A stretch of 32,984 bases of DNA from Seison nebaliae (lineage: Eukaryota), in the NCBI GenBank assembly GCA_023231475.1, contig JALJEE010003233.1:1-32984 (forward strand). The letters run 5' to 3'. A program made the translations under genes and the position numbers. The notes under the pieces are model-generated. The model searched no databases and was not told the DNA's origin. It saw only the letters and a program-made list of their open reading frames with translations. Below, piece after piece: positions 13,301 to 25,850 of this stretch (its first letter is position 1; every line of letters starts with the position of its first letter).

Positions 13301-16300
13301 AACATCGTTGTTGATAAACTCGAAGAATTGCTACATAATATATGACTCTTAAAGTAAGATCATCGAATGCATCTTTATTATCAAACAATCCTTTCGAATT
13401 TGCATTCGTTTTAATATTCGACATCATTCCACTCATCTTCGAATTTTCTAAAGTTACCAAATATCCGTTAGGAAACTTCACATGATTTTCTTTTAATATC
13501 TCAGAAATCTTCTCATAATAATCTAATAACAAATATCGTTTGTTTGACGGAATGATATTGACGACACTATTCCAGAAACATCTTGCTCCATTAATCACTA
13601 AATCATAATTTGATGCTTCTAAACCATATCGAATGCTTTTGAGCAATGCATTAAATCCCAATTGTGTTTGTCTATTAATTTCATTAGTTTGAAATAATGA
13701 TTCAGAATTGTCCGATTTCTTTAATGCATCCAAACCTCCCAATAACGGTATCGCTAAATAAAAATGAACAATTGAGAAATTGATTAACGGATTTTGACTG
13801 TCTTCCCTTTGATGTTTAATTGCTCTCTTGTATGATTGGTCATTGCTCAAATTGATTGCCATTTGTGCAGCTAAAAACATCATTTGTAACGGATTGAGAT
13901 TCTTTGATTCTTTTATCACTTTTGCAATTTCATCAACTGCGTTCAATCCTTTCAAAACAGCCGGATTCTCTGTGAAGGGTGTATAAACTCCAATATTCAT
14001 TAATATCAATGTCGACGTTTGACAGATGAGAATGAGATCTTGAAAATAAACATCTGGCGCATATTCATACCAGTGACTGGATGATGTTTGATAATTAAGA
14101 AATATCTTTTTTAAAAAAAATTATTTTTTAAATTTTACATAATCAATACTGACTTCAGCAAATGAAGGAATTTGACTGAAATCAAATTTTCGTTTTTCCA
14201 TAAATCTCGACTTCTCCAAATATCGACAATACAATGCAACCGAATATTGGCTCAAGTCATCATATATCTTTAATTTGCTAAGAAATTCTTTGCACGAATC
14301 AGTCATACCCGCTTCAAATTGATTATGTTTCGATACGTCAGTAGCATTCGAAGAACTACGATGAAATTTCCCGGTCCGAGACGATGTAACACGAGATTTT
14401 AAAGTCTTCGTTGATTCAGTCACATCTCGGATGTCGGAGGAAGTGGTCGATTTATGTTCCATTGGACTAGTCTATAATTGAATATATTTCACCTCGCTAA
14501 TATACATTCCATAATATACTACTAACAATTGATTGATAAATGGGATAAAGAGTTGATTGACGAAGTTGATGCCATAATAATTTCACTTTTATCGGTTGTT
14601 GCAATTCAATTTTGAGGATAACCCAATATTTGATGAGTGGCATACGATAATTATAATCCAATACATGGTGTGGCAATTTATCACTTTCTAATATCAATAA
14701 AACTTCTTCACAAATCTTTAATATATATATCGTCAAAATTACAGAAAAAAAATGGTAACTGTTAATGCTAATTTTAAATCAGTTAATCTTTCTTTTGATA
14801 CATTCTTCATCGCTTCATTCTTATCCATTTTCATTTGAATACCACTCGGTTTCACTTCTATAATAAAGTCAAGATTTATTAATAAATCTTCTCTTTAAAA
14901 AAAATCGAACTGACAAGTTGAGTTTCGAAAATTTGATATAATTCCACTGTATCATAATCAATAATTTTCCATCTGGCAAACGTACATTTGATGACCATCC
15001 TTGCTAAACATACGTAATGTTCAACATTCGTACCGAATCCGTTGTAATAAATAATGTAGAAACAAGTGAGTAAAGTATCGTTCAATTTGGATAAATGACG
15101 AAAAATATATTCTTGACCCAACGAACTATTTTCCACTAATCTCTCCTTGACTGAGATGTCAAATGAACGGAATAAATGATAATAATAATTCCAAGTATAC
15201 GTCAACGCATTAATATTCAACCAATTCTCATCTAATAACAACGCGATCTGCATAGCTCGATTAAAATGCATAACAGCCGCATTGCCCAACCATTCCAACC
15301 AGTATTTATATGCGAACCATTGAGTAAGATTCTTCTCATATGATCGATTGAGTTGATGAATTTTACTTTCGACTGTTAATTTTTGAGCAACCCCAATATC
15401 AATATTTATTGATAATTGTGAAGCTGGTTTCTCTACAGCAGCCATTAGAACTTCAGCATTTTGTTTCATCGTTTCATTAGTGATATAGTTCAATGGTTTC
15501 AATTCTAAATACAATACCATGAATAAAATATTTCATTTGAGTTTTATAAAGAAAATTTAAAACTTTGTAATTTGATTAAATGAATCAATGATTCACCTCT
15601 TAACAAATGCATTTCGCCAAGGCTACGCAATATTCGTCGTTTATCTTCCTTTACAATTTTTGCATCTTTTAATACCGCTAAATATTTGGCTAATTCCAAT
15701 GGAAAATCTTTATCGACCAGAGTTCCTCTATCCAAAAACAATTTAATATATTTGTCAAATAAATTTTCAATCAAATAGAAGAAACCTTGCATCTTCTTCA
15801 GTAGGTGTTGATTCTTTCACATTCGCCCATTGAAATAAACAACTGATTGGCAACTGAACAATATTGAAATGAGGTTTACGAATATATTCTTCATATAATT
15901 TAATATGTTTATCTATTTTCGATGTTAAATCGACATCGTTATAATTCAATGATACTGGATTTTCTACCATTCCATCAGTTTCATCAACTATCGGATTTTC
16001 CAACATTATTGTATCATCATATAATAAACAATATAATGTACTTATTCGAACGATTTCCCATTCATCTCGTCTTCGAGCGGATTGTGCAATATCAGCCCAA
16101 GCATAAAAATCTTCAGCTAATTCACCTAATTGTGATTGAGTACCAAATACAAAAAATTTTATGAAATCATTAGAATCATCTTTCTTTCCTGTCTTATCCG
16201 TTGTGATGTCGGTCGTTATAGTTGATGGAGATGGTTCATCTTCCAGATCTTTCTCCGTTTTGTCAATTTTCAAGATTTTTTGAAATTCCATTCCCACATA

Positions 16301-18662
16301 ATGTTGAGCTTTCATTACTGTTTTCATATATTCATTAACTATCCGATACACATCTGGCAAATTCGTCTCATCAATTTTAGTTATCGATTTTAAAAGACGA
16401 GTCACCGAATTTTCTGATTTCCACATCATCTCTACGTTAGCCGCTCCCAAAAGATTACAACATTTCATTAACAAGTTCTTCGCCATTCCCATTTGTCTCG
16501 AATCATCGGTAGTACGTAAATTTTCCAGGACAGTTCTAGCAATATCTCGATCGTGTGAGAAATATTCAACCCGATCCGTAACATAACACATTCGTTTTCC
16601 CATCATTCGTATATATGTCGTATGCTCGTGATGTACATCATGGAACCATGCCTACTAATAGAAATTTAATTTTAATTTAAAATTTACAAACTCCATGTAC
16701 ATGTTTAATTCCTGCATTGATAGCGTCTTCATCATATAAAATTTTTGCACATTCTATATGTAATTTACATCTCAATTTTCGATTGTTACTGAAAATTATA
16801 ATTTAATTAATATTTAATTCATTAACATTCTTATCGGAACCTTTTTATCGTTTTCAAAGTTTCAGTAACAGAAACTAATGATTTCTTCAATTTCTTCCTT
16901 ACACCTTTCTGTAATAACGGTTGGACAGTATTCCATACTAAAGAACAACCGGTTTCTAAAATTCCATAAATTTCATTCATTTCGAGAATATATAAATGAT
17001 ATTTGTCATTCCCAAACTTATCCATCACATCAGCAATATATTGAGTCAACTTCTCAATGACATTCACTCGAGTATTTATCATGTCATCACTATAAGTTCG
17101 TTGATATTTACCGATTTTTTTCATTAACATAAGTGTTTTAAGATAATGAAGATGATGTTGATTGAAATCGTTGAGTTTCTAAAAAAAATAAAATTTTCTA
17201 CAAATATTTTGGAAGAAATGAAACTTCTCTAATATATGTTAAATGATCAACAATCTTCTTCATTAGAGAATAATGATGTCCATTGAATAAGAAGTAAGCT
17301 AATTCAATCATAATTCTTGCGGTTTCATCATTCGTTTCCATTGGTGGTAAATCAATCTTCATGTTTGGTACTTCAACTGCAAAATCATTTACTGGCAATT
17401 CAATCAAATCTCTATCAGTTGCTGTTAATTGATAATTCAGATTGAATGCTGGAGCTTCAGTTACAATAATAAATTAATTTATGATGAAATAATATACCTA
17501 ATAAACACCTGATGTAATTGTTTCAATACCTTTCGGCAATAATGCTTCAATAATCCATTGAGCATGAAAAATTTTCATGCTGTCCGATATCTTCATGTGC
17601 GTTAATATGACAATGCATGCATAAATATAATCGAATGGAGTCTCCGTCAATTTCTTGAGGAATACATTTAACGAAAAAATTTCACTTGTCACCTGATGAA
17701 AAATAATATTTTATTATTTTATTAATTACTAACAACAATAGAAATTATTCGTCGTCGAATATTAGTCGATTGAACACTATTTTGTGTTCGATTTAGAAAG
17801 ATGTCGATTAATTGTGAGATTTCATTCGTATCATTCCCTTCCCGATTCGTAAAATAACAATATTCATCAATTTTCCCTTCAATTTCCAAACTAAAAAAGT
17901 TTTTCTAAAAATCATTAATGAATTAAAATATTTGACCTGCTAGCAAAATTATATAAATGTGATGGACAATTCTTTATTTCAAGAAATTTCTTTTGGAATT
18001 GTTTGAGAGTATTCACTGTGAAACGTTTAGTTCCATCATAGAAATTGGTTTTCCATGAATCCCAAAACAAAATGAAAGATCTGAATATAATGTCTTTATT
18101 TCTGTCCATATTCGTGGAATTAAATTATTATAATATTATTCAAAAAGAGATATAACTTTGCGGTAACATTTTCAATATTAATCGCTTTCGTTAAATATTT
18201 TGATATTTCAGTTAATCTCTCCTAAAAACGACGAAGAATATTAATGGAAATCACAAAAATTAAAAACAATCGGTTTTATCGCTGTTATTAAACTGATTGC
18301 TATCAGTTCATATTGGACGAGATATCCACGATGTAATGAAATATCTCCATTTCGGTTCCCACTGAAATATATATCTAAACATTGTTGAGCTGCTTTTAAA
18401 TTGTTAAACTATCAAAATTTCATAAATTATTCTGAATTTTCACAATGAAACTTTTACTGCTAATTCCGCTGCATCAATCAATATATCTGGAGTGAATATA
18501 ACCGCCTGATTTTCAACACCAATAAGAAGCAATGCAAATGCTTCGTCGAATATTTTATTATCTAATGATAACGTCAAATTAAGCAAATTATTAGGGTAGA
18601 GAACAGAAGAAACCTTCTGTGTTTTCTGCTTCTTTCAATTTTGTTTTTATTCTGGAAAACAT
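7318..18662 (-). CDS. CFAP46: Cilia- and flagella-associated protein 46 (TPR-like central-pair protein), 26 exons, roughly 3,300 aa
   Basis: The spliced N-terminus MFSRIKTKLKEAE...FTPDILIDAAELAVK...CLDIYF, the segment WNTVQPLLQKGVRKKLKKSL...LRCKLHIECAKILYDED and the C-terminal WIVDP...TCNLQ...CVGVP align with CFAP46 as I recall it. 25 short GT-AG introns join the ORF fragments in frame; one central exon spans 14105-9777. Confidence 0.85.
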
Positions 18663-18704
18663 CTCTAATTTTATAATTTAATGATGATGCTTAAATGATT
18701 GAGA

Positions 18705-18719
18705 ATAACCCTTAGTAAC
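18705..18719. promoter_or_regulatory. Candidate RFX X-box upstream of CFAP46
   Basis: ATAACC-CTT-AGTAAC matches GTNRCC-N0-3-RGYAAC with one mismatch. It lies 43 bp upstream of the ATG of a ciliary gene. Confidence 0.5.
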
Positions 18720-19011
18720 AAAATTTATTTTATCACGTTCTAAAAAGAAAATGTTTCAAATTTTAAAATTTTAAAAATTAAGTTTACCATTATTCGTTTT
18801 CCATTCAATATTGAAAAAGTATTATTGATTTTCAAATTATGTAATAGTAAGACATTGTTATAAAACTAAAAATTTTCTCTTAACATGACGTGTTTTAAAA
18901 GCTTAAATAATAAAATAGCTTAAGAAAAACTGTATATTGACTACGTGAAAAATTGAATAGAAGTAAATTTTATTTTAGATCGAAATTGACTTCTATTTTT
19001 CATTTAACAAA

Positions 19012-19645
19012 ATGGATTCTCTAAATAGCGAAAATAGCCATTCTGGTACAGGAGGAGAAAGTTATTCTTTTAATTTTCATGTTCGATAATTGATGAAATT
19101 TCAAAAATTAAATAAAAATAGTTTTGGGATATATCGAAAGTTATGGCTGGTTCATTATTGGCGGTGTAGCGTTAATGTATTATGTTTGGCATCGATACAA
19201 GGATCAAATTGACAATCGAATAAATTCGATCAAAGCTGCAACTAGTGCTGGTATTAGGAAGAAAGATGATGACACCAGTTCCTTATTATTCATTTGATAA
19301 ATGTTTTTTTTATTTTATTTGAAAGAACAAGATAAGACGGAAGAACGAATACGTGCCGCTCGTCAAAAGTTACAAGAGAAACATGATGAACAATCGTTGA
19401 TGAGGAAATTGAAGAAGCAAGAAGCTGAACGACAAAAGAAGTTGTTGGAAATTGAAAAGCATGAACAACTGAAGAAAGGATTAAGTGTGAAAAAAGATGG
19501 AGATCTTACACTGGAAGATTTGGGACTTGGTACTAAAACGGAAAGACCAACAAAAAGTAAGAATGACGATTATAATCCTTTGATGGGTGATGGTGCAGCT
19601 TGTTCCCGAATGAAATTTCGTCCTGCAGCTGGTGGATGAGGTTAA
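19012..19645 (+). CDS. SELENOS: Selenoprotein S (VIMP) with Sec encoded by UGA at 19637-19639
   Basis: Exons 19012-19060, 19122-19277, 19326-19645. Motifs: ESYGWFII transmembrane segment, 'RAARQKLQEKHD' p97-binding helix, YNPLMGDGAACS. Ends GGT GGA TGA GGT TAA = GGUG*, the SelS C-terminus. A SECIS follows. Confidence 0.92.
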
Positions 19646-19677
19646 TTCTTCTCTGTTCCATCTCACCAAATCGTCCA

Positions 19678-19759
19678 TTCGTTGCCCATGACGAATATTA
19701 TAAAAAATCGTTCAAATAACGAAAATAATATTCCGAAGTAAACATATGCACAATACGAA
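19678..19759 (+). promoter_or_regulatory. Type II SECIS element in the SELENOS 3' UTR
   Basis: Core AUGA (19688-19691) and GA (19735-19736). Helix II GAATATTAT (19693-19701) / ATAATATTC (19725-19733). Unpaired A run at 19702-19707. Apical ministem TCGTT/AACGA. Basal helix TTCGT..TGC / GCA..ACGAA. Confidence 0.88.
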
Positions 19760-20485
19760 GTCAACCAGAAAACATAAAGAATGAATTAAATTGAGGAATA
19801 AATTTTATAATTGTTTTTTCAATAATTCATCTTTGTAAAATTAAAAAATGTTTCAAGAATAATTTCTTAAATGAAACGTCGTGACATATTTGAATTTTTC
19901 TTATGTAATTAAGTGATGTGAAAACTTCAATTTGATATTAGTTTTACATAATTGATAAAAAGTGACAATCAAGAAAATGGAGAAGTTGATTCGTTTGAAT
20001 GTTAAGTTGAACTGATCGTGGAAATTAAATTTCCCATCGTAAGAGTGATGATTTTACTCATCAAAATGTTAGTGTGTTCATGATCCCATTAATTTCATTT
20101 ATATACACGACATCACTTTCTGCAATGTACGATGAACGGGAAGTGTCTACTCTTTCATATAAAGAAATGTAAAAAGAACAAAAGAAAATTTTCTGTTTTT
20201 TTATTTTACGTTTGAATTTCTTTGATTACATGAGCAAAATATGCAAGGTGAATGCACGGATAAATGTTTGCTTTCGATTTAAAACTATTTTATTTTCTCT
20301 CTATCACAATAGGAATAGAAATTGAATCATATTCATTTCTTATTCTCTTGAAAAGAATTTAAACGAACTACCATCTCATCGGAAAACTTTTATTATTCTA
20401 ACTCCAAAGAAAAAATCAAAAGTCACATTAAAACTATATTGTAGTCGGCACAACAAATTGAAGAAATTGTTTTAGAAAGTTTGAA

Positions 20486-21822
20486 ATGAATCAATTTGAT
20501 CATTGGAGAGAGGTCGCACCTTTATCTTGCGGTGCTAATGCCACAGTGAACACAGGGTTTTATTTTACGAATGTTATTGGGAGTAATTTATCTTTAAACT
20601 TTTCAGAAGTTTCCGTCATTATGCAATACTTTCTGGTGTTACGACGGCTGATGATGATGTCAGTCAATCATTTTGGTGGTGGTGTTCTGGTGTCGATTTT
20701 TCTGTAGCAGGAACTGGTGGACGAAAATGTAGAAATTATATTCCTTCCTGGTCCATGTTATTAGAAACGATTATTATTTCACTTTTCTCAATAATCTTCG
20801 AATTATATCTTCCTTATACGTACATCTATGGAAAACGGAAGAGAAAAAATCATCAGAATAATATTGGATCTACATCTGCATCAAAAGATGTGGAACAAGA
20901 TAAGACGAATAAAAGAAAAGAATCGAAACGTGATCGAATGTCAGTTTCATTGGACGAATTTATTTCGGGGAAAAGTTTTGAAGAGAATTTACAACCAACT
21001 GAACCGAATTCTACACCAACTGTTGCATTTCTTCGAACTTTTTGTTGTATATTTCATGCTCTGGTGTGGGGTTTGGAACTCTCATACAAATTATCAACAA
21101 GACAAATGATCTGGATTCTCAATCCATGTCACGTTATCACATTTACACAATTGTCATTGTTGTTGTTGTTACCATGGAAAAGTAATCCAGAAGGAGCAAA
21201 TTCGAAGACATCAGTTAGATTAACGATGAATACTTCCAGTCTGACTTCAATTCATAAGATTTACAGGAATTCCAAAATTCAATTTCTTCTCATTTTCCTT
21301 CATACACATACCTGTTCAATGAATGGACCTCTATTGGCATTATTGTTTCCCATATTAAATACGAGATATCTCCCCGGCGAACAAGGAGTTTATTGGCTTC
21401 AGCATTTTCTTATTCTATTCGTTCCTTTCGTTCTCGTTCTCCTTCTTGATTATGATGGAAATGATTTGGTTGAAGGTGAATTTGAAAAGGAAGAGAAAGC
21501 TATTCCTTTCATTTATGGAACTGAATTCCGTTGTTCATTAGTATTTGGATTGGGTGTACAACGAATTTATAATCTACTTATACTTCAACCGATTGCTTTT
21601 GTGACAGGAGTCAATTTGAATAATATTATGTGTCCTGCTATCTCTGACCCTTTTAGCAATACATGTCACTATCGTTATTTCGTTCATTGTCATCAGACAC
21701 TTCTCGTTTTCGTTTTATCATACATCTATGCATATCTATTGGAATGGTGGATATATTTATACTACGCGAACACACGATATATTCAACGGGCGCATACTTT
21801 ATTCACAAAGAAGTATTCCTAA
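20486..21822 (+). CDS. TMEM164: Transmembrane protein 164 homologue
   Basis: Intron 20557-20606 links the ATG at 20486 to an exon with WCSGVDFSVAGTGGRKC, LELSYKLSTRQMIWILNPCHV, MNGPLLALLFP, YWLQH and VNLNNIMCPAISDPF, all characteristic of TMEM164. The start codon is less certain. Confidence 0.88.
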
Positions 21823-22090
21823 TATTTCCTCTCCAACTCTCTTTACAATTTATAATTTTCACAGATCTATATATTATTTTCTCTCTTCATCGTTCATTTC
21901 AGTGTTTTACAGGAATTTCGTATAATCTCTAAAATTTAGTAAATTCTCTTCCTCTTATTAGAAGATTTATTTTGTTTAATGATAAAATCATTTATCTTAT
22001 TACAACGAACAGTTAAATAAACAATTGCTCATGAAATTACAAATGCCTTTGGCCAATTAGAATTATTTCTTATTTACAACAAAAATTAAA

Positions 22091-23113
22091 ATGACGTCAT
22101 CTCTAATTAGTTTTACATCAATTATCATCATCTTCTTATTTCATCCGTCGACATCCGTCAATTTCTTGTTTAGTACAAACCCGTTGAATATCAACAATTA
22201 TGATTTCTCTAAAATATCCGTATTAGCGACGACTTATGTTAATCGAACTGTTATCGATATTGTTCATAAGAATAAGAAGAAAATCGTTCCGTTGACTGGA
22301 CTACCAAAAAATTTGACGGATATCGATGAGAGACATATTTGGATAAGAAATAAATTGGATATGATATTGGAAAATCGTTTCGATGGAATCAATATAGATT
22401 ATGAATCAGCGATAAAATTCAATTCATCCGATTATTTTGGAATGAATGAATATATCAAAGAGATTTATTTAGTTTTTAAAACAGCCAAATCCTCTTTACA
22501 AATTACCATTGATGTTGCTTGGAATTCACATTGTATTGATGATCGTTGTTATGATTATGAATTACTGTATAAATTCAGTGATTATCTCATTGTTATGGCA
22601 TATGATGAACAATCAGAAATGTTCACCCGTTATTGTATAGCTTCACCAAATTCTAATGTTAATTATATGGTGAGTGGTATTTATTCATATATATATAACA
22701 ATATTCCTAAAGATCATTTAATCATTGCATTGCCTTGGTATGGCTATATTTATAATTGTACGCATTTCATCGATAATCTTTGTCAAATCAAATCAACTCA
22801 TTGGAAAAATGTAACATGTTCTGATGCTGCTGGTACGGAAATTAATTATTCATTCATCATTAATAATATCCTTAAAAAAAATAGGACAATTGTTCAATTT
22901 GATATTGTGTCTCAAACTCCGTTTTTCAACCGATTTAAAACTTCTCAAAATATGCAACAAATTTGGTTCGATAACGAGAATAGTTTATCAATAAAGATTG
23001 ATCTTATTCAAAAGATGAAATTAGCAGGTGTTGGAGTGTGGGAAATTGATGCTGTTGATTACCAAGATCCAGAGACAACGAACGATATGTGGAGTACATT
23101 ACCTAAACTTTAA
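22091..23113 (+). CDS. CTBS: Di-N-acetylchitobiase (GH18), intronless
   Basis: Signal peptide; FDGINIDYE catalytic motif; QITIDVAW..CIDDRCYDY, VMAYDEQS, LPWYGY, CSDAAG, QIWFDN. Confidence 0.9.
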   Translation: MTSSLISFTSIIIIFLFHPSTSVNFLFSTNPLNINNYDFSKISVLATTYVNRTVIDIVHKNKKKIVPLTGLPKNLTDIDERHIWIRNKLDMILENRFDGINIDYESAIKFNSSDYFGMNEYIKEIYLVFKTAKSSLQITIDVAWNSHCIDDRCYDYELLYKFSDYLIVMAYDEQSEMFTRYCIASPNSNVNYMVSGIYSYIYNNIPKDHLIIALPWYGYIYNCTHFIDNLCQIKSTHWKNVTCSDAAGTEINYSFIINNILKKNRTIVQFDIVSQTPFFNRFKTSQNMQQIWFDNENSLSIKIDLIQKMKLAGVGVWEIDAVDYQDPETTNDMWSTLPKL

Positions 23114-23282
23114 TTCGATAATCGAGAAAAAATCATTAATAAAATATTTGATGTTCTACCAAATTTTTTTTGTATTATTTCTTATTGATAATTCATATTA
23201 ATAAAATTCCAAAATTGAATATTCGAATTTTTAATGTCGAAGCCGCACAGGATCACCATCGTGAAAATAAGTCTCTTTCAAA

Positions 23283-24114
23283 ATGACAAAAGAAGAACCT
23301 ACAGATATTGTTAGTCAAACAACCGACGATGTCGTATTATCGAATCCCAATAAACGACTTATTGTAATTTTAGAACAAGCCAATTTGGAAACAGTGAAAG
23401 TTTCTCGTTTTCATTAAAAATCTTTATAAAAAATTTTCAAATCAGAATGGTCGATCATATGAATTATTAAATGCTGATCGACATCAACATATTATAAGGA
23501 AACATAAATTGAATTTATCCGATTGTCGACCAGATATTACTCACCAAGTTCATTTTCGTCAGAATTTTTTTTATAAGTTTTTCATATTAAATTTCAGTGT
23601 TTATTGATGTTAATGGATAGTCCATTGAATCGTTCGGGTCATTTACAAGTGTTTGTTCACACGAAGAAAGGTGTTCTCATCGAAATAAATCCACAAACGA
23701 GGATACCACGTACATTCGATAGATTTTGTGGATTGATTGTGCAATTACTGGATGAACTTTGTATTCGTGCTAATGAAACATCTCAGAAATTATTAAAAGT
23801 TTGTCTTATTTCCCTTAATGAAACTTTATGTATTTATTTGATAGATCATTAAAAATCCAGTAACTGATTATTTGCCGAGTGGATGTAAAAAATATGTGAT
23901 GTCGTGTCATGCGGAAAAGCAGATTCATGCTCGAGAATTAGTACCTAAAGATCCAAATGAGATAATTGCAGTGATAATAGGTGCAATTGCCAAAGGATCA
24001 ATTGGTGTGGATTATGGGGAAGGAGAATATTCAATCTGTTCTTATCCTTTATCTGCAGCTTTAGCATGCACCAAAATTTGTACAGCATTTGAAGATGAAT
24101 GGAATATAAAATAA
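23283..24114 (+). CDS. EMG1: rRNA small-subunit pseudouridine methyltransferase NEP1
   Basis: RLIVILEQANLETVK|NGRSYELLN, RPDITHQ|CLLMLMDSPLNRSG, RIPRTFDRFCGL, LLK|IIKNPV, YPLSAALAC. Introns 23400-23445, 23548-23597, 23799-23844. Confidence 0.96.
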
Positions 24115-24583
24115 GAATATAAAATAAATCTCTCTCATAAAAAGAAAAATATCATTTGTAAAATTTTCATTCATTTCATTTTACGCGAAAATAAACATAA
24201 TATTTTTCCCTTATCTTTTTTTGGAGCTTGTTTATTGATGAGAGTTTTGAACGAAAAAAATTATTCGCAAAAGAATTTGAGAGAATTGGAAAAAACTGAC
24301 ATACACCAAAATAAATGAGAGACAATTGAATGAATTCTTTTTTCTTCGTTCAATGAAAAGAATGTTTTAAGATACATTTTGCCCATTGGGAAATGGGAAA
24401 TTGAAAATTTATTTATTCAAACATACCCATCAATATTCATAGTCGAAACTCATTCAATAATCTTTCTTACCTAGAAATTTCATTCTTTCTTTCTCCAAAT
24501 TGTTTCCGAAAGAAAAAATGAAATTCATTTAAATTCAACTTTTGGCAGTGTGTTGATTTGAGGAATAATTTGGAAGGAAAAAA

Positions 24584-25850
24584 ATGACTGATAGTGGAAA
24601 TAAACGTCGCGAAATTTATAAATTTAATGCATCTTGGCCCATCTACGCTGTGAATTGGACATATCGATCAGATTCATTATTCCGAGTGATTATTGGATCA
24701 TTTCTTGAAGAATATACGAATAAAGTTCTCTCCAATAATTCTTCTGACAATTCAAGAATGAATAATATTTTCTATTAAAATAATTTTAGATACAAATTGT
24801 GAGTTTGAATGAAGATGTCGGAACGTTTCAAGTTGAGGCGACTGTTGATCATCCGGTACATATTTGATTGATAATTATTCGATTATGAAATTTATTTATT
24901 TTAGTATCCCGCTACAAAAGTAATATGGATTCCTGATCAAGTTCCTTCTTATTCTATCAAACTTTTTCCATTTAATTTTGAAATTTGAAGAATGATGAAT
25001 ATTGTTCTCTCTTTGCAACGACCGGTGACTATTTAAGATTGTGGCAAGTGTCATCTAATGGAAGTGATGCGAAACAAATATCTTTGTTGAACAATGTTTA
25101 AATTTATTTTTTTTTAAAAATATTCTTTTATTCTTTTAACAGAATAAAAATTCCGATTATTGTTCTCCATTAACATCTTTCGATTGGTGTGAAAAAGATT
25201 GTAGAATTCTTGCAACGGCATCTATTGATACGACGGTGACAATTTGGGATTTGTTGGTGGAAAAGAAGATTGGAGAGATAAAGGAGAATCGGAAAAATAT
25301 TTCATCTGCATCGTTGAAAACTCAATTGATTGCTCATGACAATGAAGTGTTCGATGTGGCCTTTGCAAGAGGATCAGCTGCTTCTTCAGATGTTTTTGCA
25401 TCAGTTGGAGCTGATGGTTCGTTAAGAATGTTCGATCAAAGAAATCTACAACATTCCACTATCGTTTTTGAAGAACCAAAAAATACACCATTATTACGAT
25501 TATCTTGGAATGCAGTAGATGATCATTATATCGCAACAATTGCTCTTCGTAGTAGTGATGTTTTCATATTTGATATTCGCGTTCCTAGTACACCGGTAGC
25601 TCGTCTTACATCTCATGTGGCACCGGTAAATGCCGTTTGTTGGGCACCGCATTCCGCTTGTCATATCGTTACAGTTGGAGATGATTCATTGGCGTTAATT
25701 TGGGATGTATCTCGTGTACCGATTGTGAATGAAGATCCAATATTGGCTTATACTGCGTCGTCAGAAATTAGTGGAGTTGCTTGGAACGCTAAAGTTCCTG
25801 AATGGACAACGATTGTTCATGATTCGACACTGGAATTTTTACGTGTATAA
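24584..25850 (+). CDS. DCAF7: DDB1- and CUL4-associated factor 7 (WDR68/AN11 family WD40)
   Basis: GSFLEEYTNK|IQIV, DHP|YPATKVIWIPD, TGDYLRLW, LNN|NKNSDYCSPLTSFDW, KTQLIAHDNEVFD, FASVGADGSLRMFD. Introns 24725-24789, 24856-24904, 24941-24990, 25096-25142. Confidence 0.96.

Noticed and set aside
7318..18662. Fragmented ORFs as pseudogenes, frameshifts or stop-codon reassignment
   Set aside because: Every break is explained by a short GT-AG intron that restores frame and homology. The only in-frame stop that needs recoding is the SELENOS UGA.
19641..19738. Donor-like G|GTTAAT right after the Sec codon that could splice out the SECIS
   Set aside because: The first available AG is 98 nt away, outside the local intron size range, and GGT-TAA is fully explained as Gly-stop. 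No support without transcripts.
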